This document shows, piece after piece, positions 27,167 to 35,923 of a stretch of DNA of 64,000 nt. Source of the DNA: a virus; the IMG/VR virus record IMGVR_UViG_3300028549_001120; one strand, written 5' to 3'. Position 1 is the first letter of the stretch. The number at the start of each line of letters is the position of its first letter. A program made the translations under genes and the position numbers. The notes beneath the pieces are model-generated. The model made no database searches. It worked only from the letters and a program-made list of their open reading frames with translations, and was not told the origin of the DNA.

Positions 27167-27230
27167 TTTGATAAATTTTATTTGTTTAACAGGGCAAACT
27201 TACTTCTTTTTATTTAGATAAAAAAATTTT
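27155..27230 (-). repeat. 76-nt segment identical to 52590-52665 (promoter, leader and first 4 codons)
   Basis: Base-by-base comparison: atttgttgacattttgataaattttatttgtttaacagggcaaacttacttctttttatttagataaaaaaatttt occurs at both sites. Confidence 0.9.
27195..27227 (-). promoter_or_regulatory. Early-type promoter cassette (-7 box TAAGTTTG)
   Basis: Minus strand: TTTTTTTATCTAAATAAAAAGAAG-TAAGTTTG-CCCTGTTAAACAAAT, 28 nt before the ATG at 27166. Confidence 0.65.
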
Positions 27231-27253
27231 AATCAAACTTTAACGTTTTACAG

Positions 27254-30200
27254 TTATTCCAATTGTTTTACCTTCACTTTTATTAAATTCTGGATTTTAT
27301 CTAAGTCTACTGAAATAATTTCATAATCAAATGAATCCCCTATAATAGTTTCAAACTCTGAATATTTCTCATATTGATTACTTTTTTCCGTATTAAATAT
27401 ATGGCCAATTCTAAAACCTTTAATCCCTTTATCATTTACAAATTCCATTTGCATTGAATATTCGTCTTTACTCCAGTTCCTAGAAAATTTATCTACTATT
27501 TTTTGACTAGTGGTAGCCGAATTTAACCTTAAATCAAAATTATCCGAATTCCCTATCCTTCCTTCTTTCCCAAATTTAATAACTTTCTGTTCTCTGATAG
27601 AATTATAAATCTCTTCAAATTTATCATCATTTATTCCTAAGAAAAAAGTTCCTCTTTTAACTTCTGTTTGATTAGTTCTATTATTTTCTACCAACCAGGT
27701 TAACATTCTTTTCCTAATATCTTCCTCTTCCCAGCTTCTAACTATTTTACTATCAGCTACCCAAAAATTCATAGCTTCCATAAATTTATTGGGTTTACCT
27801 TCTAAATTTACTGATTCACAATAGTCTCTAAATTCTTTTCTATTTAAAAATTCGTCATTATTAAATTTATCTAGAGTTTCCTGAGTAAGCCCATAATCTT
27901 GAAATTCTTGTGGAATTTCTAATTTAGTAATTCCAGAACCTTCAGTAATTACTTCTGAGAATACAGCTACAATCCTATCTCTGCAATTAGGGTGGTAAGG
28001 CGGAACATCTATTCCTTGTGCTTGTAATTCTGCTCCTGACTTCCCTTTTATCTCTTCTGGATTTTTGAATACTGAATTTATGAAAGGTGCATCTGATTTT
28101 ACAAAATCGGGTTCGCTAGAAACTACTTTTTCAATTTTTCCTAAAGCTGTTTTTACATTAAAAGTAACCCCTTGCAATCCTCTACAATATTCGCATTGCA
28201 ATCTATCTGGAATTCCTACGATTTCAAACTCTTCTATTAAAGCTTGATTCATATAGGAAACTGCAGAATAATTTCTAATTTTAGATACTGTTGTTTGGAT
28301 TATCCTGTTAATTTTCCAGTCTTCCCCTTTAAGAACGTCTCCAAATTTTTCTCTAAATGCTTTTAAAGTTTCTGGGTCACGATTAGAACCTAATGGTAGA
28401 TTATTCCCAATGTATTCTTTTTTAATAAAATCAGTAATTGCTTTTCTAGTATCGGTATCTTGAATAAATTTCCCTAAATATAATTCGTCTAAGCTTTTGA
28501 AATATTCAATTGCTCTGTTATCAATTACACTAAATACAGAATCTGGAACTTGTTTTTGATTGATTTGGTCTAATGATTCAAAAATAGATTTGTCACTTCT
28601 TAGTCTAGAATAAATATTAGAAATTTCTTTATTACTAACTTTTACTTGTTTATCTGTAAATCTTTTATTCCAATCTTTATACAAATGATAGAAGATTAAA
28701 TCTTGAAGTTGTTCCAAACTTGGATTATCTCCTAAGTCATTTAATCCCGTTCCTATTGCTCTTACTGAATCTTCTACTGCTTGGGAATACGTTGAAAGTG
28801 TTTTTTGTAAATATCCCATTAAAAGTTTCTCATATAGGGATTCACCTTTTGCTAATTGCTCTATTTCTTTATGTAGGGGCGTATGCGAGTGAGTAGAACA
28901 AGAACATTTACTGTCTAAGCAATAATCAAATTCCTCTATTTCAGAAATATATTGCCTCCAGTTAAAGTTTTTTTTTAAAGAATCTTCTGGGTTGTCTTCA
29001 TTTGAAGGAGCTGGGTCTGGTGTATTAGGTTCTAAAGTAACTTCTTGTCTTGGTCCTTCAGAATCTGCTTTCTCATATCCTACTAATTGTGCAAATTGTT
29101 CTTGACTTATGATTCCAGCTTTATAAAGTTTTTGGGCGTTATCAATCTCTTTAGAATAAGCTTCCGCATCTTTGCTTTTATCCGTTATAAGTGGTTTTTC
29201 AAAAGTAACTTTTAAAAATTCAATATTGATTCCATTAAGTCTTAAATGAAGTTTAAATAAATATTCTAAAAAGCTTGCTACTGTATCTTGATAGTTTGTA
29301 ATTTGGGTTCCTAATTTTGCTAATACTACTCTTGATTGAGTTTCAGTGGTAGAAAAATTCCTTCCTAACATAGAAGGGTCTTGCTTTAATCCAGCTATTT
29401 TAATCTCAGTATTCAATTGAAATAATTCCTTTGCACCTTGTACATTGGAATTTATATTAGCCATTTCTATTTCGTGATTACCTTTAAATCCTAACATAAA
29501 GCCTTTTTTAACTGCTTTTTCTGCTTCTGGAATTTGAGAGGATAGATAACTTTTACATCTATTGTAATAAGCTTCGTCTGATTCTCCAGGTTTTTTAGCT
29601 GGAGTATTTACCATTATTTTTAAGAATCCCAAAATTCCTAATTTGCTTGTCACGTGCTTCAAATCTTCAATCATTGATTTTTCAATTGAAATGTGCTCTA
29701 ATGCTGAAAGGAAGGGAGGGATTCCGTACGGTTTATCTGAATGCTTTCTTAATGCTATGTATCTATATTGGATTGGATTAAGCTCGATTAAGGTTTGTGT
29801 AGTCTTATTTTTTGTTTGTTGGTAAGGTTTATATTTAGAAATTTGTTTGTCCCAAATAAATCGAATCTTTTTAGGAGCTACTAAAACTACAGATTCTACT
29901 CCTCTTAATCCATTATTGGGTATACATTCCGCTGAAATTGCACCATTAATACAAACTTGAGTAAGTAAATCATTTATAAGTGAATTTGTACCAGACGAAT
30001 AATCATACCATTTACTAGAATCCTTTCTAATTAAATCTAAAGCTTTTTTCTTTAAACTTTCCGGAGCAGAGTCCTCGAATTCTATCATATATGGGGTATT
30101 CCCTAAAGTAACTACATTTTCTACTGCATAACTTACATCTGGATTGTAGATAGCTAATTTTTCAATAACCTTCAAAAGTTCTACTTCAAAATCTGGCAAT

Positions 30201-30328
30201 GAAGCACCTAATTCTGAAAGTAAAGAACTAAAACTTACTGTATCATCTTCACTTTCAGAGGAACGCTTGCTTTGAAGCGGTAATTTTCCTATGTTTTCTT
30301 TTTTAAACCAGTTATCCCAAAACGCCAT
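27254..30328 (-). CDS. Portal protein fused to a MuF/SPP1-gp7-type head-morphogenesis domain and a C-terminal ADP-ribosyltransferase-like domain
   Basis: 1024 aa and the only portal-sized gene in the head module. MuF motifs are QCEYCRGLQG and PPYHPNCRDRIV (aa ~711-790). The C-terminal ~225 aa carry an R-S-E pattern: KRG (aa 891-893), SATTS (937-941), EFE (991-993). Confidence 0.6.
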   Translation of the reverse strand: MAFWDNWFKKENIGKLPLQSKRSSESEDDTVSFSSLLSELGASLPDFEVELLKVIEKLAIYNPDVSYAVENVVTLGNTPYMIEFEDSAPESLKKKALDLIRKDSSKWYDYSSGTNSLINDLLTQVCINGAISAECIPNNGLRGVESVVLVAPKKIRFIWDKQISKYKPYQQTKNKTTQTLIELNPIQYRYIALRKHSDKPYGIPPFLSALEHISIEKSMIEDLKHVTSKLGILGFLKIMVNTPAKKPGESDEAYYNRCKSYLSSQIPEAEKAVKKGFMLGFKGNHEIEMANINSNVQGAKELFQLNTEIKIAGLKQDPSMLGRNFSTTETQSRVVLAKLGTQITNYQDTVASFLEYLFKLHLRLNGINIEFLKVTFEKPLITDKSKDAEAYSKEIDNAQKLYKAGIISQEQFAQLVGYEKADSEGPRQEVTLEPNTPDPAPSNEDNPEDSLKKNFNWRQYISEIEEFDYCLDSKCSCSTHSHTPLHKEIEQLAKGESLYEKLLMGYLQKTLSTYSQAVEDSVRAIGTGLNDLGDNPSLEQLQDLIFYHLYKDWNKRFTDKQVKVSNKEISNIYSRLRSDKSIFESLDQINQKQVPDSVFSVIDNRAIEYFKSLDELYLGKFIQDTDTRKAITDFIKKEYIGNNLPLGSNRDPETLKAFREKFGDVLKGEDWKINRIIQTTVSKIRNYSAVSYMNQALIEEFEIVGIPDRLQCEYCRGLQGVTFNVKTALGKIEKVVSSEPDFVKSDAPFINSVFKNPEEIKGKSGAELQAQGIDVPPYHPNCRDRIVAVFSEVITEGSGITKLEIPQEFQDYGLTQETLDKFNNDEFLNRKEFRDYCESVNLEGKPNKFMEAMNFWVADSKIVRSWEEEDIRKRMLTWLVENNRTNQTEVKRGTFFLGINDDKFEEIYNSIREQKVIKFGKEGRIGNSDNFDLRLNSATTSQKIVDKFSRNWSKDEYSMQMEFVNDKGIKGFRIGHIFNTEKSNQYEKYSEFETIIGDSFDYEIISVDLDKIQNLIKVKVKQLE

Positions 30329-30345
30329 AATTAGGTAAGCTACTA

Positions 30346-30365
30346 TTTGTGTCCATAAACTTAAT
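30346..30365 (-). promoter_or_regulatory. Degenerate late-type promoter motif upstream of the portal gene
   Basis: Minus strand AAGTTTATGGACACAAA resembles the late core ATGTTTATAGACAA. Lies 18 nt upstream of the ATG at 30328. Confidence 0.3.
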
Positions 30366-30373
30366 CAAATTTT

Positions 30374-30862
30374 TCAAAAAGGAAAATCATCTTCTGAATT
30401 ATTTTCGATTTCTGGGGAAAAATATTCAACTTCTGGTAAATCTTCCGGATTAAAATCATCTGGAACTTGGTCTTGGAAATAAGGAACAAATCTTCTACGA
30501 ACATTTTCACTACATTCCAAAATCCTTATATTATCTATTTCGTAACCTCTGTTTGGATTTATTCTATCAATATGGAATTTCCCTTTATTACGTCCCTTCT
30601 TTTCTAAATATCCTGATTCATTTACAAAGCTTTCAAATTCATCAATTGTAATAGTGAAAATCTTTCCCCTACGCTTTGCATTTTGTTTTAGATTAGAATA
30701 ACTATATTGGATTGGATTTCGTATTGCCTCAATTTGTTTACGGTGTTTATGGCAATACTTTTTACCGTTTGCAGGCTTATTCTTACAATACAAAATACAG
30801 CAAATCCCTTTAATAGGTTTTGCTGTATCTATTTTGAATCCATATTGATTGGTTTCTACCAT
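30374..30862 (-). CDS. HNH endonuclease
   Basis: Cys/His cluster CCILYCKNKPANGKKYCHKH plus HIDRINPNRGYEIDNIRILECSENVRR (H-N-N core). Confidence 0.65.
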   Translation of the reverse strand: MVETNQYGFKIDTAKPIKGICCILYCKNKPANGKKYCHKHRKQIEAIRNPIQYSYSNLKQNAKRRGKIFTITIDEFESFVNESGYLEKKGRNKGKFHIDRINPNRGYEIDNIRILECSENVRRRFVPYFQDQVPDDFNPEDLPEVEYFSPEIENNSEDDFPF

Positions 30863-31314
30863 TAAAATACAATATCCGAAAATTTAGTTTCAGTAATTTG
30901 TTTGATAGAATAATCAACTTGATATTCCTTAGCTAAAGTTCTAATGGTCTTTACAGCATCTTCTACTTCTGAAGCATCTATTAGCCAAGTAGTAGTTACT
31001 TTTTTAGTAGAACCGTTTTCTCTTTCGTGCAAAAATTCTACTTTAGAATTATAGAATTTAATGTTTTCGTCTTCACCATAGTTCTCTTCAAATCCCTGTG
31101 TTGGGATTCTAGATATATTTATTTTGGAAAGATTACTAACTTCTGCATTTTTAAGTGCGTGAGTTTCGATATATGAAGCTATTTTAGTTTCTGCATCTGT
31201 ATAACTGATTGCAGGTACTAAAAGTTCCATTGATTTTTTTACATTCATTGATTCATTCGCACTTGTCTGAATCAAAACATAATGGTCTATTTTTACTTTG
31301 AAAAATTCGTTCAT
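30862..31314 (-). CDS. Hypothetical protein
   Basis: 150-aa ORF. TAAATTTG box at 31336-31343, 21 nt upstream of the ATG. Confidence 0.6.
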   Translation of the reverse strand: MNEFFKVKIDHYVLIQTSANESMNVKKSMELLVPAISYTDAETKIASYIETHALKNAEVSNLSKINISRIPTQGFEENYGEDENIKFYNSKVEFLHERENGSTKKVTTTWLIDASEVEDAVKTIRTLAKEYQVDYSIKQITETKFSDIVF

Positions 31315-31516
31315 TTTTATATTTATTTAAGGTTACAAATTTAATTCTTTTTTGGAAAACATTTATCATAAATCTCAGAATCTAATTCTTTCAATTATTT
31401 TGTTAATTCAACTATTTCCAAATCTATTTTATCTCGCTCATCAAGTAGATTCAATTTTCTTTCTAAAAGTAAATTCCAATCATTTCGCATTTGAGTTACT
31501 GTAGGAGTTTGATTTC

Positions 31517-32092
31517 CTACAGTTTTACAACTAAATGGTCGTTCTTGAGAGTTTGCCATAATTCATACATTGCGATTACATCATACATTGCATCGTGAGC
31601 ATTTTCTAGTTTGATATTAAATACTTCCACTATTTTAGAAAGCTTAAAGCTTTCTACGTCTTGTCTTACATCAAGTAGAACATATCCTACTAATGTGTGA
31701 ATATCTATAAAATTCTGGTAGAACCAACTTCCAAAGTATTTGTCTTTATTTCTATCGAACCATTTTCTAAGAAATAAATCATCAAATCTAGCATTATAAG
31801 CTATCAATTGAAGTTTATCTTTCGAATCGAATTTATTTACGTGGTCTCCTAGCATTTCTAAGAACATTTTAAAAACCGATTCTTGAGTATCGAATTCCTC
31901 CAAATCTTCTACAGTAAGATTATTCAGTTCTAATGCTTCCGGAGAAATTTCTACATCTCCTGGATTCATATAGAAGTCAAAATCTTCTACAATTTTACCA
32001 TCTATTTCTATCCTTCCGGCTATTTGCCAGATTCCGTGTTTTGTAGCATCCAATCCTGTGGTCTCTACATCAAAAAATAATAACTTTGCCAT
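31517..32092 (-). CDS. DEDDh 3'-5' exonuclease (DnaQ-like)
   Basis: FFDVETTGLD (Exo I), IAYNARFDDLFL (Exo II), HDAMYDV (Exo III, H-x4-D). Confidence 0.8.
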   Translation of the reverse strand: MAKLLFFDVETTGLDATKHGIWQIAGRIEIDGKIVEDFDFYMNPGDVEISPEALELNNLTVEDLEEFDTQESVFKMFLEMLGDHVNKFDSKDKLQLIAYNARFDDLFLRKWFDRNKDKYFGSWFYQNFIDIHTLVGYVLLDVRQDVESFKLSKIVEVFNIKLENAHDAMYDVIAMYELWQTLKNDHLVVKL

Positions 32093-32093
32093 T

Positions 32094-32471
32094 TTATCTT
32101 GGTTTATTGTTAACTTGTTTTATTTTAAAGTAATTCCTAAATTCATTATATACTGATTGCTTTTCTGCTTCTCCAAATTGTCCAAACTCTTCTAAAAACA
32201 TTAGTAAGCTTTCTGGACTGAATACAAAAAGTTCTCTTCCAATGGTTTCAGTTCCATCCGTTTCCATTAAAGTTCCTTCTACTTCTTTTATAGGAATTAC
32301 TGAATTGATTTTCTCCCCAAGTTCATTATTCATTCTCCTTTCCATATCTTGGCACATCATTTCGTATACCTCATCTGTGGTTTGCTTATGCAAATCCTTA
32401 CTTCTTTTATATTGTTGTCTAAAAAGACTTTTAAAGAAGATTTCTCTAAAGTTGCTCATCATTAAGTTCAT
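32094..32471 (-). CDS. Hypothetical protein
   Basis: 125-aa ORF. The start may be one of the internal Met residues (MNLMMSNF). Confidence 0.6.
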   Translation of the reverse strand: MNLMMSNFREIFFKSLFRQQYKRSKDLHKQTTDEVYEMMCQDMERRMNNELGEKINSVIPIKEVEGTLMETDGTETIGRELFVFSPESLLMFLEEFGQFGEAEKQSVYNEFRNYFKIKQVNNKPR

Positions 32472-32664
32472 TTGAAAATTCTAAAATTGTGTCATACATA
32501 AAAATAAGTCGTTCGGTATCTTCCTTATAGTCAATACCATTTTCAGATTCGTGCCATTGTTCGTGTCTAAGATTCTGATATTCTTTTCTTGCTTCAATAT
32601 CTTTGTCCAAATCAGCTACAAATTTTTTAAATTTCTTAGCTACTATAAGTCTGGTTGCTGCCAT
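32446..32664 (-). CDS. Hypothetical protein
   Basis: 72-aa ORF coupled by TAATG to the upstream small ORF. Confidence 0.55.
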   Translation of the reverse strand: MAATRLIVAKKFKKFVADLDKDIEARKEYQNLRHEQWHESENGIDYKEDTERLIFMYDTILEFSNELNDEQL

Positions 32665-32828
32665 TAGTTTAAAGTAAGTTTAAAAAGTTCTACACATTTT
32701 TGAAAATCATTTACGTATTTTAAATCCATATTATTGAATTTAGCTATTGTACGTAATTGTGGAAGTGCTGTACTCAGTTTCATTTTCGATAAATCTGGAA
32801 GTACTACTGGAAATATTTGTGCTTTCAT
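32664..32828 (-). CDS. Small hypothetical protein (54 aa), not in the ORF track
   Basis: ATG at 32828 directly downstream of a promoter cassette: MKAQIFPVVLPDLSKMKLSTALPQLRTIAKFNNMDLKYVNDFQKCVELFKLTLN. Its stop overlaps the next ATG. Confidence 0.45.
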   Translation of the reverse strand: MKAQIFPVVLPDLSKMKLSTALPQLRTIAKFNNMDLKYVNDFQKCVELFKLTLN

Positions 32829-32846
32829 TTAATTAAAATTTATTAG

Positions 32847-32879
32847 CAAATATAAATCTTTTTATTTAGATAAAAAAAA
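32847..32879 (-). promoter_or_regulatory. Early-type promoter cassette (-7 box TATATTTG)
   Basis: Minus strand: TTTTTTTTATCTAAATAAAAAGATT-TATATTTG-CTAATAAATTTTAATTAAATG. Confidence 0.6.
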
Positions 32880-32895
32880 TAATTAAAAAAATTTT

Positions 32896-33714
32896 TCATT
32901 TTTTATAGAAAAATAATTTTTGTTCTGGTCTTAGGTAAAATCCATCCTTAATTCCTTCTAGAAATGCTGCATTTTTAGGATTCTGTAATTTCATAGGTTG
33001 TGTAGTCAAATTTTCAAAATCTTTTTCAATAGCCGATTGCAATTCAAGTGCTGTAGAAGTCAATATAAGCCCAGAAGTTTCTATTTGTTTACAATCTTCT
33101 ATACTATCTTTTAAGATTTGGTTGTAGAATCCTGTAATTACTCCCTCATAGTAAGATTTTTTAAATTCACTTTCATTCATTACAACTCCGTCTTTTATCA
33201 GTCTATCAAAATTATTAAGTATATAGGCACGTTCGAATTTTCTACTTAATCCTTTTTTTACATTCTCTAAGTAAGTTGAATATCTAGCTCTTCTAAGTGC
33301 TCTGTATTTTTTAAGGAGGATTCTAAAAAATTCTATAACAAGCTCACGATATTCTTTTTTCCCATACACATACAAATACATTCCAATCAATACAGATTTT
33401 CCCTTTACTTCTGACTTATAACTTGAATAATCTTTTTCAGCTATTACTTTACAAAAATATTTTTCTGAAAGTAATTGCATTATACTCCAAGGCCAGTGTA
33501 ATATATCTTCACATTCTCCTTGTGTATATCTTATTACATCGCGTTCTACTGGATTATTTTCCTCGAAGCAATGGTTTTCTAATTTATATTGTTTGATTAG
33601 CTTATTCGCCATAGATACAGCTACTAAGACTTCATTCTCAGTAGCTGCAGAATCTCTAGCCATTGCCATTAACTTTTTGATTCTCTCTATAATTTTATTC
33701 CCCTTCATCTCCAA
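32896..33714 (-). CDS. DUF2786-like protein, paralog B
   Basis: N-terminus IIERIKKLMAMARDSAATENEVLVAVSMANKLIKQYKL matches the DUF2786-type motif and the neighbouring paralog. Confidence 0.55.
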   Translation of the reverse strand: MEMKGNKIIERIKKLMAMARDSAATENEVLVAVSMANKLIKQYKLENHCFEENNPVERDVIRYTQGECEDILHWPWSIMQLLSEKYFCKVIAEKDYSSYKSEVKGKSVLIGMYLYVYGKKEYRELVIEFFRILLKKYRALRRARYSTYLENVKKGLSRKFERAYILNNFDRLIKDGVVMNESEFKKSYYEGVITGFYNQILKDSIEDCKQIETSGLILTSTALELQSAIEKDFENLTTQPMKLQNPKNAAFLEGIKDGFYLRPEQKLFFYKK

Positions 33715-34540
33715 TCATTTTAGTGTTGTGGTCTGTTTTTCCATCCTTGATTCCTTCTTGAAAAGCTTCCTCACTGTAGATAACTGTATTTCCTAGCTTA
33801 TTGGATTCTTTTATTTTATTTTGGAATAATTCTGGTAACCTTAATGCTATCAATTCGTCGTGTCTTTTTACAATCAATCCCCAAGTATTTCTATCTGATT
33901 CAATTTGTAAAAGTTCGCTTTGTTGGGATTTCAAATAAGCTTTTATCCCTTTGATTGTACCAGCTAAATAAGAGGTTACCCAAGTTGGCTTTGCTGTCAT
34001 TTGTCTAATTCCTTGGAAATATTGTACTGTAATTCCTTTGGTATCAAGCCCCATTGCTTTTAATTCAGCAACGAGTTCATTTTTTCTTTTTACTTGATAT
34101 TCCTTGTATCGGATTTCTGAAAGTGTAAGGAATTTCTCTACAGTAGTTTCGTAAAGTTCTTTTACAACCATTCTATTTTCCTCCGTACCTACTATTGAAA
34201 GTCTTACTGCTTTTGTATCTTTCCAATTAGGTGCATCAAAATCATAATTCGTTCCGTGGTATATTTTGCAATTGTAAAAATTTGCGATTGTGTCAAGTAA
34301 CTCCCATTCAAAATTAGTGGATTTGTATTTGAAAGATTTCCAAAGTTGTGAAAAGATTACTTCCTTATTTATATCTGAAGGGTGGATTTGAATATCTCCC
34401 TCCTGAATATTATGTTCCATCATTAGCTTCTGAGCCATCTTCATACAGATTTCTACTTCGTTTTCTGCTGAAGCTGGGTCTTTCGCCTTAGCTAACATCT
34501 TTCTGATTCTTGAAAGTATTTTATTGTCTACTGATTCCAT
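33695..34540 (-). CDS. DUF2786-like protein, paralog A
   Basis: N-terminus ILSRIRKMLAKAKDPASAENEVEICMKMAQKLMMEHNI. Same architecture as 32896..33714. Confidence 0.55.
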   Translation of the reverse strand: MESVDNKILSRIRKMLAKAKDPASAENEVEICMKMAQKLMMEHNIQEGDIQIHPSDINKEVIFSQLWKSFKYKSTNFEWELLDTIANFYNCKIYHGTNYDFDAPNWKDTKAVRLSIVGTEENRMVVKELYETTVEKFLTLSEIRYKEYQVKRKNELVAELKAMGLDTKGITVQYFQGIRQMTAKPTWVTSYLAGTIKGIKAYLKSQQSELLQIESDRNTWGLIVKRHDELIALRLPELFQNKIKESNKLGNTVIYSEEAFQEGIKDGKTDHNTKMIGDEGE

Positions 34541-34542
34541 AT

Positions 34543-34890
34543 TTAATCGTGATATACAAGTGAAATTGAATTATTTGAAATTGGACAGATAGGCATTGGA
34601 ACCTTAGCAGTTCTTAATGATTTTTCTAAATTCTTTTTTTGAATTTCGGATAAATTAGAAAGGTCTACATTCAAATAAACTCTATAATATAGTTTTGATT
34701 CTCCTATTAAAGATTTATCTACAAAAGTATTTTCCTCTGGATTGATTACTCCTACTTTATATTTAGCTAACGCTGGTATAATATAAAAATTCAAATCATC
34801 TATAAATTTCTGATTTTTTTCTTTTGCAAAGTTAATAGTTGTATTTAACTCTTCTTGCATTTTTGCGATTTGTTGTTCTAATCTAGTCAT
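34543..34890 (-). CDS. Hypothetical protein
   Basis: Track ORF trimmed to the ATG at 34890 (MTRLEQQ) because the promoter -7 box (34919-34926) lies inside the longer ORF. Confidence 0.6.
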   Translation of the reverse strand: MTRLEQQIAKMQEELNTTINFAKEKNQKFIDDLNFYIIPALAKYKVGVINPEENTFVDKSLIGESKLYYRVYLNVDLSNLSEIQKKNLEKSLRTAKVPMPICPISNNSISLVYHD

Positions 34891-34918
34891 TTGAATAATA
34901 TTTGATTGTTTAACGAGG

Positions 34919-34948
34919 CAAATATACATCTTTTTATTTAGATAAAAA
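34919..34948 (-). promoter_or_regulatory. Early-type promoter cassette (-7 box TATATTTG)
   Basis: Minus strand: TTTTTATCTAAATAAAAAGATG-TATATTTG-CCTCGTTAAACAATC. Confidence 0.65.
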
Positions 34949-34981
34949 TAATTCCATAGAAAATTTTCAAACTTTAACGTT

Positions 34982-35395
34982 TTACAACTGTATTTTTATA
35001 CATTCAATTCCGGCTTTCCTTAAGAATTCTAATCCTGTAGTGTCTCTGTACTCTTCTAAATAGAAAACTTTTATGATTCCAGATTGGTAAATCAATTTAG
35101 CACATTCTGTACACGGACTTAATGTTACATATAATGTAGAACCTTCCGAATCTTGATTGCTTTTTGCTATTTTAGCAATAGCATTAGTTTCGGCGTGTAA
35201 TACATACCATTTAGTTGTTCCATCATCTAATTCGCAAGCATTTTCGAATCCTCTTGGCGTGCCATTGTACCCATCAGATATAATAGTTTTGTCTTTTACT
35301 AATAAACAACCTACCTTTCTCCTTTCACAGTGAGACATATTAGCCCATTCCTGAGCCATTTTCATATAAGCAATATCGAATTTATTTATTTCCAT
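34982..35395 (-). CDS. dCMP deaminase
   Basis: Zinc-binding motifs HAETNAI and PCTECAKLI, plus GYNG. 137 aa. Confidence 0.85.
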   Translation of the reverse strand: MEINKFDIAYMKMAQEWANMSHCERRKVGCLLVKDKTIISDGYNGTPRGFENACELDDGTTKWYVLHAETNAIAKIAKSNQDSEGSTLYVTLSPCTECAKLIYQSGIIKVFYLEEYRDTTGLEFLRKAGIECIKIQL

Positions 35396-35640
35396 TACTT
35401 TAGGATTTTAAAACTTCTAACTCCGGAACGAATTACTGTACTTCCCCTATGTAAATCTCCTTCGTCTAATACAAAACATTTACAAGAAGCATTATAGCTC
35501 ATATCGTAATAGTAAAAAGCTTCTTTTTGCCCGTTTGCATAGGTAACTTCAATTTGAGTTTCTACCGGTTTATCCCGTCTACAAGAAATAAATAAAAATG
35601 CTAATAAAGCAATTGCTAAAATTTTGATTACTGTTTTCAT
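35395..35640 (-). CDS. Small lipoprotein candidate
   Basis: MKTVIKILAIALLAFLFISC is a signal peptide ending in a lipobox-like FISC. 81 aa. Confidence 0.55.
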   Translation of the reverse strand: MKTVIKILAIALLAFLFISCRRDKPVETQIEVTYANGQKEAFYYYDMSYNASCKCFVLDEGDLHRGSTVIRSGVRSFKILK

Positions 35641-35774
35641 TATTTAAAAAGTTTACTTAATAATTTACCTAATATTCTATTTTTCAATCTGGGTAGAATC
35701 TTTCCCTTTTGTACAGCATTTATATCTCCTAATATTTTTGCTGTTGTGTATAATGCACTTCTAAATTTTCTCAT
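35640..35774 (-). CDS. Small basic hypothetical protein (44 aa), not in the ORF track
   Basis: MRKFRSALYTTAKILGDINAVQKGKILPRLKNRILGKLLSKLFK. Its stop overlaps the next ATG (TAATG). Confidence 0.45.
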   Translation of the reverse strand: MRKFRSALYTTAKILGDINAVQKGKILPRLKNRILGKLLSKLFK

Positions 35775-35922
35775 TTAAGGATTTTATTAAATTATCTAAA
35801 TGTTCTTTTTGCTTATGTTCAGTAATTTCCCCATTGAATTGTACAAACATAAACCAATCCCCTTGTGGATTAAAAATTACCCAGTGATTAGCATCTCCTT
35901 GTTCTTTATAACTGTATCGCAT
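35761..35922 (-). CDS. Small hypothetical protein (53 aa), not in the ORF track
   Basis: ATG at 35922 starts immediately after the upstream stop: MRYSYKEQGDANHWVIFNPQGDWFMFVQFNGEITEHKQKEHLDNLIKSLNEKI. Confidence 0.45.
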   Translation of the reverse strand: MRYSYKEQGDANHWVIFNPQGDWFMFVQFNGEITEHKQKEHLDNLIKSLNEKI

Positions 35923-35923
35923 T

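Noticed and set aside
31501-31520. Hairpin GTAGGA-N8-TCCTAC spanning the exonuclease stop codon
   Set aside because: No T-run follows it, so it is not called a terminator. Nothing else supports a function.
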